Source of the DNA: Styela clava
Taxonomy: Eukaryota
Direction: 5' to 3'
NCBI RefSeq assembly: GCF_964204865.1
Contig: NC_135257.1
Location: forward strand, 14,942,001-15,006,000
Length of the DNA stretch: 64,000 nucleotides
Shown: positions 61,900 to 64,000 of the stretch, piece after piece
Position numbering within the stretch: position 1 is the first letter of the stretch
How the letters are laid out: the number at the start of each line of letters is the position of its first letter
Program-made: the position numbers and the translations under genes
The notes under the pieces: model-generated
The model's input: the letters and a program-made list of their open reading frames with translations, nothing else
Databases searched by the model: none
What the model was told of the DNA's origin: nothing

Positions 61900-64000
61900 T
61901 CTCTAACAAAATTAGTGTTAAAATAGGTTTTCCTATTTTTTGACAATTACTTATTTTTGAACTAATAAAACATGCGTAACTTAATTAAGAGTATTCAGAT
62001 TGTGATTACTGAAAACCTTACAACTCCCGGGATTTCTTAGTTCTATTCGGTCTTACGTCACTAAACGCTTATCATAATTTCTCTAGAGATCTCGGCTGTA
62101 TTTAACGATACCTATAGTTTACTCGCTGCGCAGCTATCGAGCCTTTTCATGTCAATGCCCAAGGGTTGCCGAGAAATCAGCCAGCACTCCGCAATGGGGC
62201 CAGCTTATAAGTCGTCCTCGGAGGATACAGTTGACGAAAGAATAAAAAGAGAGTACACACTTGCATCTCCTACTTAATTCTCTCATATTGCATTCCATGC
62301 GGGTGCAGCTTCGTCTGAAGTAAAAAAGGCAACGAGGCCTGTACCATCATCTGTTATAAGCAGTGATATAAAAACATCTTCGTCGTGAAGCGAAAAGTAT
62401 CTCAATCTTCTCTCTGGCCTAAATCCACACATGCTCTTGTATCCTCTCTTCTTTTGTCTTTGACTACCCCGATAATTATTACAATCTGACAATATTTGGT
62501 TGTGGCGTCTGGTGCAATTTGCACTGCGCAGCATACATCGTCCGTATGTCGCAAAACAATCCAATTCTTTTGACTGTCTTCCACTCTAATAATCATACCC
62601 ATTAAGTTTCGATTTGTGATTTGTGAAACGTCACATATAAATTGGATTTTGTCAAATTATGCAAATGAGAAGGTCTGTCTATTGTGTTCTACGCAAAACG
62701 TTGCTCAATCTCCGTCTGGATATGCCACACGCTTATTTGGAGTAATTTGTTATAAAGTTCGCGAAAAGGGCAACTTTTTCTAAGCTTTTCAAACGGCAAT
62801 GAAATGAAAACGTATTATATGCGTATATTTATCAAATATTGCCTATCTTTTTGTCTAAAACGTGCATTTTTCACGTTTTATCTTGAAGCCTGAAAAATTC
62901 TGCTCAATGGTTCGAACGATGGTTCGTTTTTCAAATTAATTATTATTTAGATTTTCATTAAAAGACACCTAAAGTTTGGAACTTATTTTTGATAATATAA
63001 TAGTTTGTTCGTGTGATATTTTGATTTTCCGGTAGAATTGGATATTCGTTCGTCTTTTCTGAAATTAAATCCATTTACCACTTTTATTATATTCAGTACA
63101 ATTATTTGAAATATTGCTCTTACGTTTGGCCTATTTACACATTCTTTTTAAATATAATATCTTATAACTATATTAAATGTATTCCACTAACTTACTCCGG
63201 TATATCATTCATTTGGCAGATAAAAAAAAATTGTATTTCGAAATTTTATATTTCATCGTTAGTTTTGTGTTGATGCTAGAAGCATAGTGTGCGTAAAAGT
63301 TACGATTTTCGATCAATGATCTGAGAGAAGCAAGTTTGACGAAACTTCCATCATGCGATAGGTCAATATAATAACTAAACGAACAGCTGTCGACGTTCGC
63401 TCGGTTTCCTAAGTCATATGTGAGAGCAGTTTTATGATATATCATGTGAGGTCGATCAAAGAATTTTTTGGTTACTTCGCAATCCATTCATGGCCCAAAG
63501 TTGAAGTACTATTATTCCAAACTAGAATGCTTCATGCTGACTACCGATTTGAAGCATATCTCGAAAACTAAAATCCAATAAAACTTTCTTAATAATATTT
63601 TGGCTAATTACATGTGCTCGTTGTGCCATGAAAGTAATTTATAACATTTTCAACCACCGCCATGAACTAGCGTTTAGACAACAATCCACTCACGTGTTTT
63701 GGGACGGAGTGAAATATTTTCTAATTGGAACAATATATACCCAATTCATTACAATCTGGGATGTGTGACGGTAGATTGTAAATTCATCTTCCGAACCTAT
63801 TGTAATTGCATTAAAATATTCTTTATGGCAAGTAATAATTATGAATAGCAGTTTACAATTCTAAAGGATGAAAACACATTATATAAAATGAATATTGATC
63901 TAGATGTGAAGCTCAGACAAAAGTCTAATAACAGCAAATAAGTGGGAATTAGTTGTACGGCAAAGATCAGACTTTCATTCTACCTTGACTTTCAGTCTAC

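Noticed and set aside
62283-62602. ORFs upstream of COE as additional coding exons
   Set aside because: No COE similarity. The ATG at 61899 already gives a plausible N-terminus, so this is more likely UTR or promoter.

Overview
AT-rich, intron-containing animal DNA, most likely an ascidian tunicate. This is inferred from an invertebrate-type COE gene with a single HLH helix 2 and from an intronless 7TM gene resembling tunicate-expanded families. Host genes are: an intronless DCP2 (+); an intronless 7TM/GPCR-like gene broken by one frameshift (-); an 8-exon secreted mosaic protein, SP-FN3-LDLa-CCP-FN3-acidic tail (+); an 8-exon SLC17 transporter (+); and a 15-coding-exon Collier/Olf/EBF gene (-). 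Mobile DNA is dense. It includes the open gag ORF of a BEL/Pao LTR element running off the left edge, an Academ-like element, many hAT and Tc1/pogo MITEs, and two poly(A)/TSD retro-insertions. The most notable structure is a ~9-kb foldback-type element (8515-17465) with modular inverted arms. It carries a decayed SprT-like (HEMVH...HGPKF) metalloprotease reading frame. One arm is interrupted by a 5'-truncated NeSL/Utopia-like RLE retrotransposon flanked by a 71-bp target duplication. All calls come from manual reading and translation; no database searches were run.
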